Shown one piece after another: positions 10,301 through 19,190 of a DNA stretch of 64,000 nt (positions are counted from its first letter, which is position 1; the number at the start of each line of letters is the position of its first letter). The position numbers and the translations under genes were made by a program. Under the pieces are notes generated by a model. The model saw only the letters and a program-made list of their open reading frames with translations. It was not told the DNA's origin and made no database searches. Source of the DNA: Minisyncoccia bacterium (GTDB lineage: Bacteria > Patescibacteriota > Minisyncoccia > Phycocordibacterales > UBA918); NCBI GenBank assembly GCA_041736805.1, contig JBGSSW010000011.1, positions 18,395 to 82,394 of the forward strand, written 5' to 3'.

Positions 10301-13300
10301 ACATGCACTTCGTACTGACCTTCAGTTGAAATCGAGAGATTTCCACTCCAGTCACCTTTGTTATCAGTCTTAACTTTTTCTCGATTAATCTCCGTTAGCT
10401 TTTTCTCAGACCGATAGTAAAAACCTCCGTCAACTTCTTGTCGTTTAAAAGTTTCCCATTCGACCTTGTAAAGGGTTTTTTCAATGTTGCCGATTGATAC
10501 GGGTTTTCCCTCCGTAGTAACAGTCTTCACACGAAGAGTGTTTGGAGAGTTAACACTTGTATAGTATTCATCTGTCTTCACGCCGAGATAAAATTCTCCC
10601 TTATGGACGACGAAAGATTTCTGTAGCGATACAGACCTGCCGTTAACGTCTTTTGCTGTTACTGACACCGTAACAAGCTTACTGCCTTCGCTCTCCACAT
10701 CATCAAAGTAGTCATCGAAATTGAACGTACGCTCAATAGTAGCCCGTCCATTTTCGTCAATCGTCGTCTCTCCTCTAAATAAGAAGTTGTCACCATAACC
10801 ACATGAGTAGCAGGAGTACCAATCACTACCGAAATTAAAGTAATCATCAGTGTATCTGTCGAAGTAATAGTCCTGCGCTGTAACAGCATAAGAAATTGCA
10901 CCCTCATCAAGTGGTACACCGAAATAGTAGTCTGCTTGAACATCAACCTTGAAGGTATCTCCATTTGTGTACTCCTCTTTATTTGTTGTAGCCTCTAGTT
11001 TGAATGCGGCTGGAACATATTCTTCAACATCAAAGTAAAAGCTCTGCCCGAACACTTCGATTCGGTAGGTTCCGAGAGGGGCATCACTCGGTATATCAAG
11101 TTTCGTTGAAAACGTTCCGTAAAGATTCTGTTCCAGATTTGTGTCGTAAATTCGAGCGCCTTGAGAATCAAATACTTCTAGAGATACCTTTTCTCTGTTC
11201 CAGACTTCATACTTTCCATCAAAACCAATGCGATCAATGCCTCGTATATTTACAGTGTGTCCAGGACGATAAATAGGCCTATCAGTATACACGTAGGTCT
11301 TGGAAGCATCTTGCGCAGGACTCGCATTACGTAGTGTGTCAGCCCAGTCAGTAATAACGGCGCTATCAAGTCCTGATTTAATCACTGCCCCACCTAATCC
11401 TTCATGAATCGCAACTCGTGCAATTCCTTGACCGTCAGTGACTCCTGAAGTTTTTTGTCCAAAATTACGATTGTACCCACCTTCAAATTGTGTGACCACT
11501 GCACCTGCAACTGGCAAAAGGGTCTTGTTGTTACTGATCCAATACAGGTTACTGGACGCACCCAACTCTTTCGTAAGGATGTTATCTTTACTTGGATTAC
11601 TGGAAACGCTCCAGGCTTCGTCAGAGTATTCGATCTCTTTTTTGCCTACGGCAAGATTCGTTACGCTTACATATGTTCTGTCAAATAATTGACGATTTTC
11701 ATATGTCTCTTTGTATAAAGGATTACTAAACGTCAATACGTAATGACCACGAGTATCAGAAAAATATTCAGTAAGATTAATTTGGAAGTAGTTATTGACC
11801 CAGTATCGAATCGGTAGTGGTATTTGCTTAGTGATTACTTCAATACATCCATCACTACGTGCGGGAGTATATTGATCATCGCGATCAATAGTTCGTGCAA
11901 GAAATGTCTCAGGGCTCATCTTGCAAATATGCATATCCACATACTCAAGATTCTCAACCGCGTACGTGAACTTAGACTTGTCCGGAGAGGTTACATTATA
12001 TTGCTGTTGCATATTATGGAACCGTGTGTACTGCTCTTTGGGTGGACTGGTTCTAAACGACAATTGATTTGATGCTTGCTGTCCAAAAACATCTACTGGT
12101 TTTACCTCTAAACTATAATTAGTCTCTGGTAGCAAACCATACGACAGCCGAGTTTCAAATTCTCCAGCTTGACATTTGTTATAAGAATTCTGAGATTCAA
12201 CATAGAAAGAATTAGACCAGCGCCCGAATACTATGTAGCCGTCAGTTTGTACATACGAATCTAGCCCGTCATCTTCAGGGTCTCGTAGAGGAGTGTTGGA
12301 ACAGATAGTTATTCCATCAAGATCAGCACTTGTTGATTGATTTTGAGGGAGTGAGCGGAGTATTTGGAATGCCGGATAACTCTTAAGTGCGATATTTATT
12401 GGCTCTGCATTGATACGAAAACCTTCCTTTGTAAGCACTTTCTTCAACTCAAGATTAAATGATTCGTTCACTCCGATCGCGCTTGGTTCAAAAGAAAATA
12501 TCAGTGTTTTTGTATCAGACTCTTTCTCACACGTTGATCCAAGTTGAATAGGTTCACCATTTTCGTCAGTCTTACATCGCTCTCCATAGGAAATATTTTT
12601 AAGCCCCTTAACTCCGATACTTGATTGATCTTTATCTATATCATCAAAAAAAGTTACTGTTACAGTGCCTTGTGGGTCAACTAAATCTGGACGAACGAGT
12701 GACGTACGATCTGACTGAGCAGTAACACTTTCAACGATATTAGCTACTGAAACTACGGTGTTTTTTCCCTCTTCTAAGTTCATTGTTCCGACAAAGGGTG
12801 TGGCGCCAGTCACAGATACTGAATAGGTGGTATCAAAATCCCAGAGTCGACTACGACCGTGAGCATCTTTTTTCTGATACACAAACAACTTACTCTTGTC
12901 TTCGTTTGTAATATATTTACGATCGCTTCTGTCATAGACAGTTACCTCACCGTATTCGACTTCGATTGAAACTTTACTGCCATCAGATTTTGAAACAGTA
13001 ATCTCCTTTTCAGTTTGACTTAAATCCACTGGCTGATTAAAAGCAATAATGATAGGTGAACTGTATCCGATTTGTTCTGTGGAGACATTTTCATAGCGAA
13101 GGGGGCGCGTTACAAAAGTATGGGTTACTGGAGCGACTGGCAGACCATCAAGAGAATAAAAACCACCCTTTACTTCAACTGTATATTTTGATGATGGAAT
13201 GAGAGTAGTTTCAGGTATAAATTGCAAATTTCTGGTACTAATCCATTTAAATTTACCTGGTGTTGGAGGAGATATGGTGATTGGTAGTTCAATTGATTCT

Positions 13301-13917
13301 TGCTCTGTTAGCGTTGTGAGTGGAACCATTGGACGATTGAAGACAATGGTGATTTCGCTATCTTCATGAGCTTCACTGAGTGAAGCTGGAAAAATTGTCT
13401 CAATTTTAGGATCTTCGTCAACGTAAAAATCTCCTGACATCTGGACAGAGCCCGTGTCCATATTGACTGCATAGTAGACTTTCGTACGAAGTGGTTTTTT
13501 TGGCTTAAATGAGACAACTCTTTCGAGATCCTCTGTCTGCCACTCTCCTTCGACTTCAGGACTAAAAGTAATGCTGGCACGCGCAACATCTTCGCTTACA
13601 CCTTCTGGGAGGTTGATTTGAATTGAAGCACTTTTTGATATTTTTTCCGGAACAAAGGAGTAAACATTTGTAAACTGCTTTACTGCCACATGCCTATCCT
13701 GCGTAGCATAAAAGAAAAGTGCTGCCCCAACAAAAATAAGAATTCCTAGAGCTATTAAAAATGGCGCCCTTTTACGTCCTAGCATTTTTAATGCATTTAG
13801 GAATTTCTGTTTAATTGATAGTTTTTCGGAGGTAGGAAGTACTGTCGGCAAAACTTGTTCAGTTGGTTGCGAATCAGGGACAGTGACTTTAGATGTAAAA
13901 TCTTCTTGTGAATCCAT
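7318..13917 (-). CDS. yfhM: Bacterial alpha-2-macroglobulin family protein
   Basis: 2199 aa. YTDRPIYRPG (MG2), FTLPDNLTTW, thioester YPYGCSEQ, DDRV...YEY.LRA..PG C-terminus. N-terminal TM anchor and Ig-like repeats. Confidence 0.95.
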   Translation of the reverse strand: MDSQEDFTSKVTVPDSQPTEQVLPTVLPTSEKLSIKQKFLNALKMLGRKRAPFLIALGILIFVGAALFFYATQDRHVAVKQFTNVYSFVPEKISKSASIQINLPEGVSEDVARASITFSPEVEGEWQTEDLERVVSFKPKKPLRTKVYYAVNMDTGSVQMSGDFYVDEDPKIETIFPASLSEAHEDSEITIVFNRPMVPLTTLTEQESIELPITISPPTPGKFKWISTRNLQFIPETTLIPSSKYTVEVKGGFYSLDGLPVAPVTHTFVTRPLRYENVSTEQIGYSSPIIIAFNQPVDLSQTEKEITVSKSDGSKVSIEVEYGEVTVYDRSDRKYITNEDKSKLFVYQKKDAHGRSRLWDFDTTYSVSVTGATPFVGTMNLEEGKNTVVSVANIVESVTAQSDRTSLVRPDLVDPQGTVTVTFFDDIDKDQSSIGVKGLKNISYGERCKTDENGEPIQLGSTCEKESDTKTLIFSFEPSAIGVNESFNLELKKVLTKEGFRINAEPINIALKSYPAFQILRSLPQNQSTSADLDGITICSNTPLRDPEDDGLDSYVQTDGYIVFGRWSNSFYVESQNSYNKCQAGEFETRLSYGLLPETNYSLEVKPVDVFGQQASNQLSFRTSPPKEQYTRFHNMQQQYNVTSPDKSKFTYAVENLEYVDMHICKMSPETFLARTIDRDDQYTPARSDGCIEVITKQIPLPIRYWVNNYFQINLTEYFSDTRGHYVLTFSNPLYKETYENRQLFDRTYVSVTNLAVGKKEIEYSDEAWSVSSNPSKDNILTKELGASSNLYWISNNKTLLPVAGAVVTQFEGGYNRNFGQKTSGVTDGQGIARVAIHEGLGGAVIKSGLDSAVITDWADTLRNASPAQDASKTYVYTDRPIYRPGHTVNIRGIDRIGFDGKYEVWNREKVSLEVFDSQGARIYDTNLEQNLYGTFSTKLDIPSDAPLGTYRIEVFGQSFYFDVEEYVPAAFKLEATTNKEEYTNGDTFKVDVQADYYFGVPLDEGAISYAVTAQDYYFDRYTDDYFNFGSDWYSCYSCGYGDNFLFRGETTIDENGRATIERTFNFDDYFDDVESEGSKLVTVSVTAKDVNGRSVSLQKSFVVHKGEFYLGVKTDEYYTSVNSPNTLRVKTVTTEGKPVSIGNIEKTLYKVEWETFKRQEVDGGFYYRSEKKLTEINREKVKTDNKGDWSGNLSISTEGQYEVHVTGADDKGNKLKTVANVYIYGSGSVTVPPNNNYELDLEVDKTDLDVGDEASVLIKSPYPKAKALISVERGTVYDYWIVDVIGGLYSHKFPIKSEYSPNVYVSVLLLSSDPEVKYGNVYYNIGTQEKELSVEVTANKTHYLPGEEVKLTVKTKNHQGQGVPAEVSVAVADLSVLALKGNPKKNPLVFFYNGFPLSVTTASNIKNILHEVDIPLGTKGGGGAEPDDLAKKKRGVFKDTAFWEASVETNQNGDASVTFTLPDNLTTWQIESLGVTKDTKLGVDYQEFTTKKDLMAVPLKPRFVVPGDVFSLGAKIFNQTADGKEISVTLESKTLAFKGDASESVFINPGESKTVYFDVEAPETMRAGEHVFTFTASDKANTFVDSVEQSIAITPNKTYETVATANATKDDTAVEYLYVPDTVVDGEGGLTINANATMAVFMTDALSYMVTYPYGCSEQLASSLSTIGILTEALTLPNVEGEFDTIEHDGVTYTVENVVTDGLKQVYEAQTLGGGFAYYKGLNANLSLTIHVVSALYDLKMAGYEIREDVLSRGIGYIESETKRLYTQYPDQNNETVILAESVLRKISPETKTSLTDIVITLIKDDSFLNEKISSMSLAYLAILTSKDYSRSDRNRVYDAFQNRIDIDGRGAYLASTEHSNRDFYETPIKNTALAVAVFAAHEDEHETLPNMLRWLLASRDHQGVWGSTHNTFTVVSAMVDYLKWQHETESHFTLRGLLDGVEIFGFEFNPKTVFETFTHFVSIDALPKEKLLPLAFEKEDKNGRENNLYYDMSLKYYLPVDSLPPRDEGITITRDLYALSDERDSESLQTVSVGDVVRGKLTITIPDEYQNVAVEDFIPAGFEIVNFNLSTEDQSLNKQEDVYDEWSAGNSNFTASVFGSVKNIFSDSQVAQVYGSFSSGGVYSKENRKLYPTHVESHDDRVFLYVERLEPGVYEYEYYLRALIPGTFQHLPARAEELYFPEVFGRTSGGIVTVTED

Positions 13918-13995
13918 AATATTGAGTAAATTATAGCATCTTACGCATAATCAAAATGATGATTTAGTCACAACTTAGTAACACGTTCACAACTT

Positions 13996-15489
13996 TTACC
14001 CCACCCGCTCTTTCTTAAACTCCTCCGCATACTTTTGCACGATATTGGCTGTGTCATCCTTCTCTTCAAGGTCAAACCAGAACTTTCCGTCCACGATGTG
14101 GATGCCATACCTGAAATCTTCCTTAGCGTTCGTATGCAGATGTTCTGTAGCCATGTCGGTCAGCTTCACGAGTTCGTGATTGAGAAGCATTACCTCGTCT
14201 TTGTACGATTCAATAAGCTCGTCATACCTTTCAGTAAGATCGGTATCAAATATATCTGACGCCTGCTTCCCGAGCTTCCGGAACTCGCAGAGGGTGTTGT
14301 ATTTCTCGACAGGCTTCGCATTCTTCTCGATGAACAGAGCGAGGTTCGAGAATGACAGAATCATCTCGACCTGTTTTTTGTATTCGTGCACGAACTCCAA
14401 ATCCTCCTTGCATGCATACAAGCTCTCACCCGTGAGCATCTCCACAACTCTCATTTCGCCGAACATGGACATCTCCGCTTCTTGCCGTTTCAGTTCCTTC
14501 GCGCAAAAGAGACTCGCAAAATACTTTCTGGTTTGCTCCATCTCAGCATACCAAATAGCGAACAGCTCCTTGTGGCTTTTTTTAGTGTTGCCGTTCCAAG
14601 TATCGAAGCGGTCACTTGCAAAGAATGGTGCAAAATCTTTGGTGAACAATCCGTTATCGAGCCATGAGTGAAGTGTCTCCCTAACCACATGCTCCATGGT
14701 CACGTCGTTGCCTGTAGCGTATTCCTCTATATTTTCCAGAACTTCGTCATCGTTCCGATCCTTGCACTTGATACGCGCATCGTGAGCAACTTTATACATA
14801 ATCTCCTTGAGCGGAAGCTCGGCGAAGAAGTCACCGATCATAAAGCCGTCCTTCTCCGTGCCACTGCGCATCTTTTTAATACCTTCGTAATACATGCGAG
14901 TGAAGATGGTATCGACGAGGGTGTCTTTGTCCTTCTTGCTAATCTTTCCGCCTTTGAACATTTCATAAAGGAGCGTGTGATCTTCCAGATATTGTTTGTT
15001 GTACCCCACAGAATCATCAAGTAGGACAAGGTCTTCTCGTATTTCCAGAGGTAAGTTGAAGAAAGTGAAGGTGTGGAGGACATGGCGGTACTCGAGGTAC
15101 GTATGAGCGAGAGCAAAGGAGAGACTTTCTTCCTTGGTGATGTTGTCCTGCATTAGACTGTTCACAGGTATGTCTGTCGTCTTCTTTAGATCAGCAAGAC
15201 AGTACGTGAGTATTCGCTCGTTCCTAACCAAGGACAACTCAGCATTGGTTGCAAACATTTGTGCATCAAGACGCATGGACTGTTCCAAGCGGACAATACC
15301 GATGTATCGGTTATATTCATTGATCTTTCCTGTATCTCCAGACCACTTTTGTGTTAGGGTATGAAGCTGCGAATCAGAGAAAATACTTGTACCAGTCTTT
15401 TCTCTATGTCTATCGTTATGCACAAGTGCAGTCACCCGTTCAAGCGGGGTCATGTTTGATCGCAATAAGATGTTGTTGAGGTTTTTCAT
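13996..15489 (-). CDS. Hypothetical island backbone protein (helical)
   Basis: 497 aa from ATG 15489, abutting the upstream gene's stop codon. Confidence 0.75.
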   Translation of the reverse strand: MKNLNNILLRSNMTPLERVTALVHNDRHREKTGTSIFSDSQLHTLTQKWSGDTGKINEYNRYIGIVRLEQSMRLDAQMFATNAELSLVRNERILTYCLADLKKTTDIPVNSLMQDNITKEESLSFALAHTYLEYRHVLHTFTFFNLPLEIREDLVLLDDSVGYNKQYLEDHTLLYEMFKGGKISKKDKDTLVDTIFTRMYYEGIKKMRSGTEKDGFMIGDFFAELPLKEIMYKVAHDARIKCKDRNDDEVLENIEEYATGNDVTMEHVVRETLHSWLDNGLFTKDFAPFFASDRFDTWNGNTKKSHKELFAIWYAEMEQTRKYFASLFCAKELKRQEAEMSMFGEMRVVEMLTGESLYACKEDLEFVHEYKKQVEMILSFSNLALFIEKNAKPVEKYNTLCEFRKLGKQASDIFDTDLTERYDELIESYKDEVMLLNHELVKLTDMATEHLHTNAKEDFRYGIHIVDGKFWFDLEEKDDTANIVQKYAEEFKKERVG

Positions 15490-15490
15490 A

Positions 15491-15685
15491 CTATCTTGTC
15501 TTCTTGAGCATACTCTCAAGAAATTCAACTCGTTCCTTCAGCTCGGTGTTGGCGATGTTCCTTGAAAGGGTTGAAGCGAGCTTAGCAATCATCGATGCCT
15601 GTTTGAACGATATCTCGCGACTCACCACTTTGCGGAGGGTGTCAGAGAGAATGTTGTTTATTTCTTCTAAATTAATTGATTCCAT
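15491..15685 (-). CDS. Small hypothetical protein
   Basis: 64 aa with 1-nt spacing to both neighbours in the operon. Confidence 0.7.
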   Translation of the reverse strand: MESINLEEINNILSDTLRKVVSREISFKQASMIAKLASTLSRNIANTELKERVEFLESMLKKTR

Positions 15686-15686
15686 A

Positions 15687-16061
15687 TTAGTGATGTTCTA
15701 CGATCTCAAACCACGCTCGTACCTCGTGTGCTCGGCCGCTCTTGATGATGTTCTTGTACAGAGCAAAGATGACGTTTGGCGTGAGTTTGCGTGCCCAGGC
15801 GTTTAGATCTTTGGTTAGACCGTCTTTCTCAAGACGTTTGTTCCAGTCGGTAAGGGTGCCGACATCGACCTCATACTTCTTCGAGAAGTCGAGCTGGGTC
15901 TTGAGCGTGAGCAGTTCAAACACCGTTTCCTCCTCGATACCAAACTTTTCAAGCGCTACTCTCGGCTGTCCTTTGAGAAATGAAGGTAGAGACTTCCAAA
16001 GAGCGTAGGTTGTGTATACCTGGCTTTTATACGTATCTTTGGAAAAATCTTCTTCATTCAT
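15687..16061 (-). CDS. HTH protein (terminase-small-subunit-like)
   Basis: TQLDFSKKYEVDVGTLTDW HTH pattern. Follows the MTases, as in phage-like modules. Confidence 0.6.
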   Translation of the reverse strand: MNEEDFSKDTYKSQVYTTYALWKSLPSFLKGQPRVALEKFGIEEETVFELLTLKTQLDFSKKYEVDVGTLTDWNKRLEKDGLTKDLNAWARKLTPNVIFALYKNIIKSGRAHEVRAWFEIVEHH

Positions 16062-16065
16062 ATGC

Positions 16066-16815
16066 TTATATCTTCACCGCCTTCGTGCCAGTGAGTTTTT
16101 CAAGTCGCTTGAGTGACGCTTCCACGTATGCCTCATCAAGCTCAATGCCAATGCACTTTCGACTCAAGTGCTCGCACGCGACAGCCGTTGACCCACTTCC
16201 AAGAAAAGGGTCGTAAACAACGTCGCCAACCTTCGTTGAGTTAGGGATAATCTTTCGCAAAAGACCCACAGGCTTCTGTGTTGGATGTAGTTTCGACCGT
16301 GATGGTCGAGGGTGGTAGATAACATTCTTCGCTTTGGCACGTTCCATCTTGTGCTTCCCAAACCAGCCGTAGGCAATGAGTTCGTACAGGGACAGGTAAT
16401 CCTTCCGGCTCATGACGGGCTGGTTCTTGAGCCAGATGATCATTTGGCTGTAGTAGAAGCCAGCAGACTTCATGCCCGAGCGAAGACTCGGGAACATTGA
16501 GTCAGCATTGAAGATATACACTGCGTTGTATTCGGTGAGATATGGGACAACGATTCCAAGATACTTGCGGGTGAATTCCTCGTATTCTACTTCACTCTGT
16601 AGGTGGTCGCCCATGATTGCTTTCGTTTCGTCCGTACCGATTTTTACGAACCCTTTCTTGTTCTCGACATAAGCAACGCCATAAGGCGGATCGCTGACCA
16701 CTGCTCGGATCTTATGTTGACCAATGACCTTGCCGACAAACTCTCTATCAAGCGAATCACCGCAGGCGATGATGTGACCACCGACCTTGAAGATATCTCC
16801 TTTAATTATTTTCAT
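16066..16815 (-). CDS. Beta-class N6A/N4C DNA methyltransferase
   Basis: DPPY, HPTQKP, DPFLGSGST in beta-class order. Likely start MKIIKGD at 16815. Confidence 0.92.
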   Translation of the reverse strand: MKIIKGDIFKVGGHIIACGDSLDREFVGKVIGQHKIRAVVSDPPYGVAYVENKKGFVKIGTDETKAIMGDHLQSEVEYEEFTRKYLGIVVPYLTEYNAVYIFNADSMFPSLRSGMKSAGFYYSQMIIWLKNQPVMSRKDYLSLYELIAYGWFGKHKMERAKAKNVIYHPRPSRSKLHPTQKPVGLLRKIIPNSTKVGDVVYDPFLGSGSTAVACEHLSRKCIGIELDEAYVEASLKRLEKLTGTKAVKI

Positions 16816-18046
16816 AGATTCGCTTTGCTTTAAGTCCGGTAAACTTCTCCCATCGATCGATGAGGATGGTTGCGAAGATGAGATCCTGCTCAACTCCTCG
16901 CCACGCACGATTCAGTTCCTCGCACGCAATCAAGTCGCTACCGCTTCCAGCAAATCCGCTGTATACGATATGGAGCGGAGCGCTGCACCTTTTGAACGGC
17001 TTTTCGTTTAGGGTCACTGGCTTCTGGGTAGGATGCTGGTATGACTGGGCGCTGTCTCGCTTCTCAATCCAGATATCGATCATGTCGAATATTTCGTCAT
17101 GCACCTGATTGCCGGTGGTCACTTCCTGATTGAGGATTTCGTTCACGTTATTCATTCCCGTATTGAGATACGGCTTGCCGATCGTGCCGTACACGCATGG
17201 CTCGTACACCTTGTTGAAGGCAATTTTGTGCGTTGGGTTCTGGTTGTTCTTAAGCCAGAGGCAGACACGCTTGGCGTTCACCAGGTGTTTCTGATACAAG
17301 CTCTGCACCATTCCTATGTACGAGGAGTCGCACCAGTAGAAGTAGTGGGCATTCTTTTGGCTTATACCCTTCGCCACCTCTATGCTCTTGTCCAAGAAGT
17401 CTCGGTATTCACTGTCTTTCTTGGAGTCATCTTTGCTCGAATATGATCCCTGATACTTCTCTTTGTTGCCGACGCCTTTGGAGTAGTCCAAGCCGATGTT
17501 GTATGGAGGATCACAGTACACGATGTCCGCCAGGTCTCCGTTCATGAGCTTCTGCACGAGTTCACCATCAGTAGAGTCCCCGACGAGCAGTCGATGTTTG
17601 CCGAGTTCCCAGATTTCTCCAGTTTTAACTTTCGGCGTAATCATATCCTTGAGTGCCTTTTCGAAATTGAAGTCGTCATCGACCACATCAACATCGTCGA
17701 ATAAGCTTTGGAGCTCTTCGTCCCCAAAGCCAACATCGAGGAGCAGGTTCATATCGAACTCCTTGAGGAGCTCCTCGTTCCAAGAGCCGGTGTTTTTATT
17801 GAGACGGAGATTTAATTCTCGTTCCTCTTCGAGTGAAATCTCACGCGAAGGAATCATACACTCGACCTCCTTAATGCCGAGGTCGGCATACACCGTGACT
17901 CGTTGTTCACCGCCAATTATAGTATTGGCTCGTGAACCGATGTTGAGAACTATCGGAACAACTGTCCCAAATTCATGCACCGACTTCTCCAAGTCTCTGC
18001 GCTCGTTTTCGCTTAACTTGCGTGGATTGTATCCGTTCTTGATCAA
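16802..18046 (-). CDS. ParB/Srx-N domain fused beta-class DNA methyltransferase (natural ATG at 18095 is out of frame at an A9 tract)
   Basis: YNPRK...IIGGEQR ParB-like N-terminus; DPPYN, HPTQKP, GFAGSGS. Confidence 0.88.
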   Translation of the reverse strand: MIKNGYNPRKLSENERRDLEKSVHEFGTVVPIVLNIGSRANTIIGGEQRVTVYADLGIKEVECMIPSREISLEEERELNLRLNKNTGSWNEELLKEFDMNLLLDVGFGDEELQSLFDDVDVVDDDFNFEKALKDMITPKVKTGEIWELGKHRLLVGDSTDGELVQKLMNGDLADIVYCDPPYNIGLDYSKGVGNKEKYQGSYSSKDDSKKDSEYRDFLDKSIEVAKGISQKNAHYFYWCDSSYIGMVQSLYQKHLVNAKRVCLWLKNNQNPTHKIAFNKVYEPCVYGTIGKPYLNTGMNNVNEILNQEVTTGNQVHDEIFDMIDIWIEKRDSAQSYQHPTQKPVTLNEKPFKRCSAPLHIVYSGFAGSGSDLIACEELNRAWRGVEQDLIFATILIDRWEKFTGLKAKRIYENN

Positions 18047-18210
18047 GTCGCCGAGCTTGAAAGTGGCAGGTGACCAGGTGATCTTTTTTTTTCATGGGGT
18101 TAATTTCAGAAGAGGATCTAATTAAGCTCTTCTACCCCTATTCGTCATCCGATGACCAAATGACAATTGGTTTTCAGCGAGTGCGAGTGAATGACAAAAA
18201 ACTTCCTAAA

Positions 18211-18249
18211 ACAAAAGACCTTTCACTACTTGAGTGAAAGGTCTTTTGT
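18211..18249. terminator. Intrinsic terminator hairpin
   Basis: ACAAAAGACCTTTCACT-ACTTG-AGTGAAAGGTCTTTTGT. Confidence 0.75.
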
Positions 18250-18274
18250 ATCGTCATCTTTAACGAAATGACTA

Positions 18275-18982
18275 TCAGTCTCCTCGGATGACAAAGAGGG
18301 TCATGTATCCATGCCGACGAGTGTACCTTGGGATTGGATTTTTGGTCATGCCGAAAAATTGTTTCAGTCCTTCGTTGAGTTCATATTTAATGTTGCGATG
18401 GAGGCGGAAATCCCAGTGTTCTTTAGTGAGTGCACCACCGTGGTCAGCGATTGCCCGAAGCATTTCCCATTTCATGTCTGGTCGCATGGTTCGTTCATTG
18501 ACGAAGCCCATATCTTTGAAATCAAACTTCTTCGTCTGTTTACCTGGGTACGAGACACGAACAACGTGTCCATCGATAAATTGCATCTCAAGCGATTCCC
18601 ATGATGCGTTTCCGGGTAGCTGGTATGAAGCTTTCACATACTTTGTTTCAGCCGCTGGGATAGCGTCATCCACAGTGTATTCCTGAACAGATCGGTCGAG
18701 TGCGGTCATAATGAGGTCTTCGTCTGCACCCTCATAGAGAGAAGGAATGAACGGGGGCGCTATCTTTGGAACCATCTGAATTCTGCTCATCATTTCAAGT
18801 TGTGGTCGAACGCTTTCCATCACTTTATGCATATTTTCCATCGGTTTTCTCAGTGTCTCTACAAGTTTCTGAGATTGCTCGGCTGTTCTATTCAACGTCG
18901 AAAGGAACGACCCATCCGAGAAGACGGTTGTGGGTGTGTATCCATCCTTTGCTTGTTGAAGTATCAATTCGCCGACTGTCAT
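18275..18982 (-). CDS. Hypothetical island protein, possible DNA-binding C-terminal domain
   Basis: 235 aa ATG ORF with GGAGG immediately upstream. Function not recognisable. Confidence 0.7.
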   Translation of the reverse strand: MTVGELILQQAKDGYTPTTVFSDGSFLSTLNRTAEQSQKLVETLRKPMENMHKVMESVRPQLEMMSRIQMVPKIAPPFIPSLYEGADEDLIMTALDRSVQEYTVDDAIPAAETKYVKASYQLPGNASWESLEMQFIDGHVVRVSYPGKQTKKFDFKDMGFVNERTMRPDMKWEMLRAIADHGGALTKEHWDFRLHRNIKYELNEGLKQFFGMTKNPIPRYTRRHGYMTLFVIRGD

Positions 18983-19162
18983 ACCTCCATATTATATCTT
19001 AAAAATTACTTCACGAAAATTGGCATTTGTTGGCATTTGGGACACACTCCAAAACGCCCTTGGTGTGTCTCATCTGTCTCATTCTCGAGAAAGAGACCCC
19101 GACCCACAAACCTCAAATTCTTCAAGGAAAAAGTGCTAGAATACCCTTATGTTGCTTGGAGC

Positions 19163-19190
19163 TGTGGGTACCATACCCGAGTACACCGCA
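19163..19190 (+). repeat. Degenerate copy of the tRNA-Ser 3' end (putative right attachment site)
   Basis: TGTGGGTACCATACCCGAGTACACCGCA vs tRNA CGTGGGTTCGAATCCCACATCCTCCGCA: 18/28 gapless, ending in the shared CCGCA. Confidence 0.6.

Larger units (their letters stand above)
1610..19190. mobile_element. Large-serine-recombinase genomic island integrated at the tRNA-Ser 3' end
   Basis: Serine recombinase and MTase backbone genes. CCGCA occurs at 1605-1609 and 19186-19190. A degenerate gapless copy of the tRNA 3' end lies at 19163-19190, followed by a tRNA-type trailer element. Confidence 0.7.

Noticed and set aside
17496-18125. 209 aa plus-strand ORF and similar long antisense ORFs (e.g. 4492-4959, 14180-14671, 55384-55827)
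   Set aside because: Shadow frames opposite well-supported genes, Ser/Phe-rich with no motifs.
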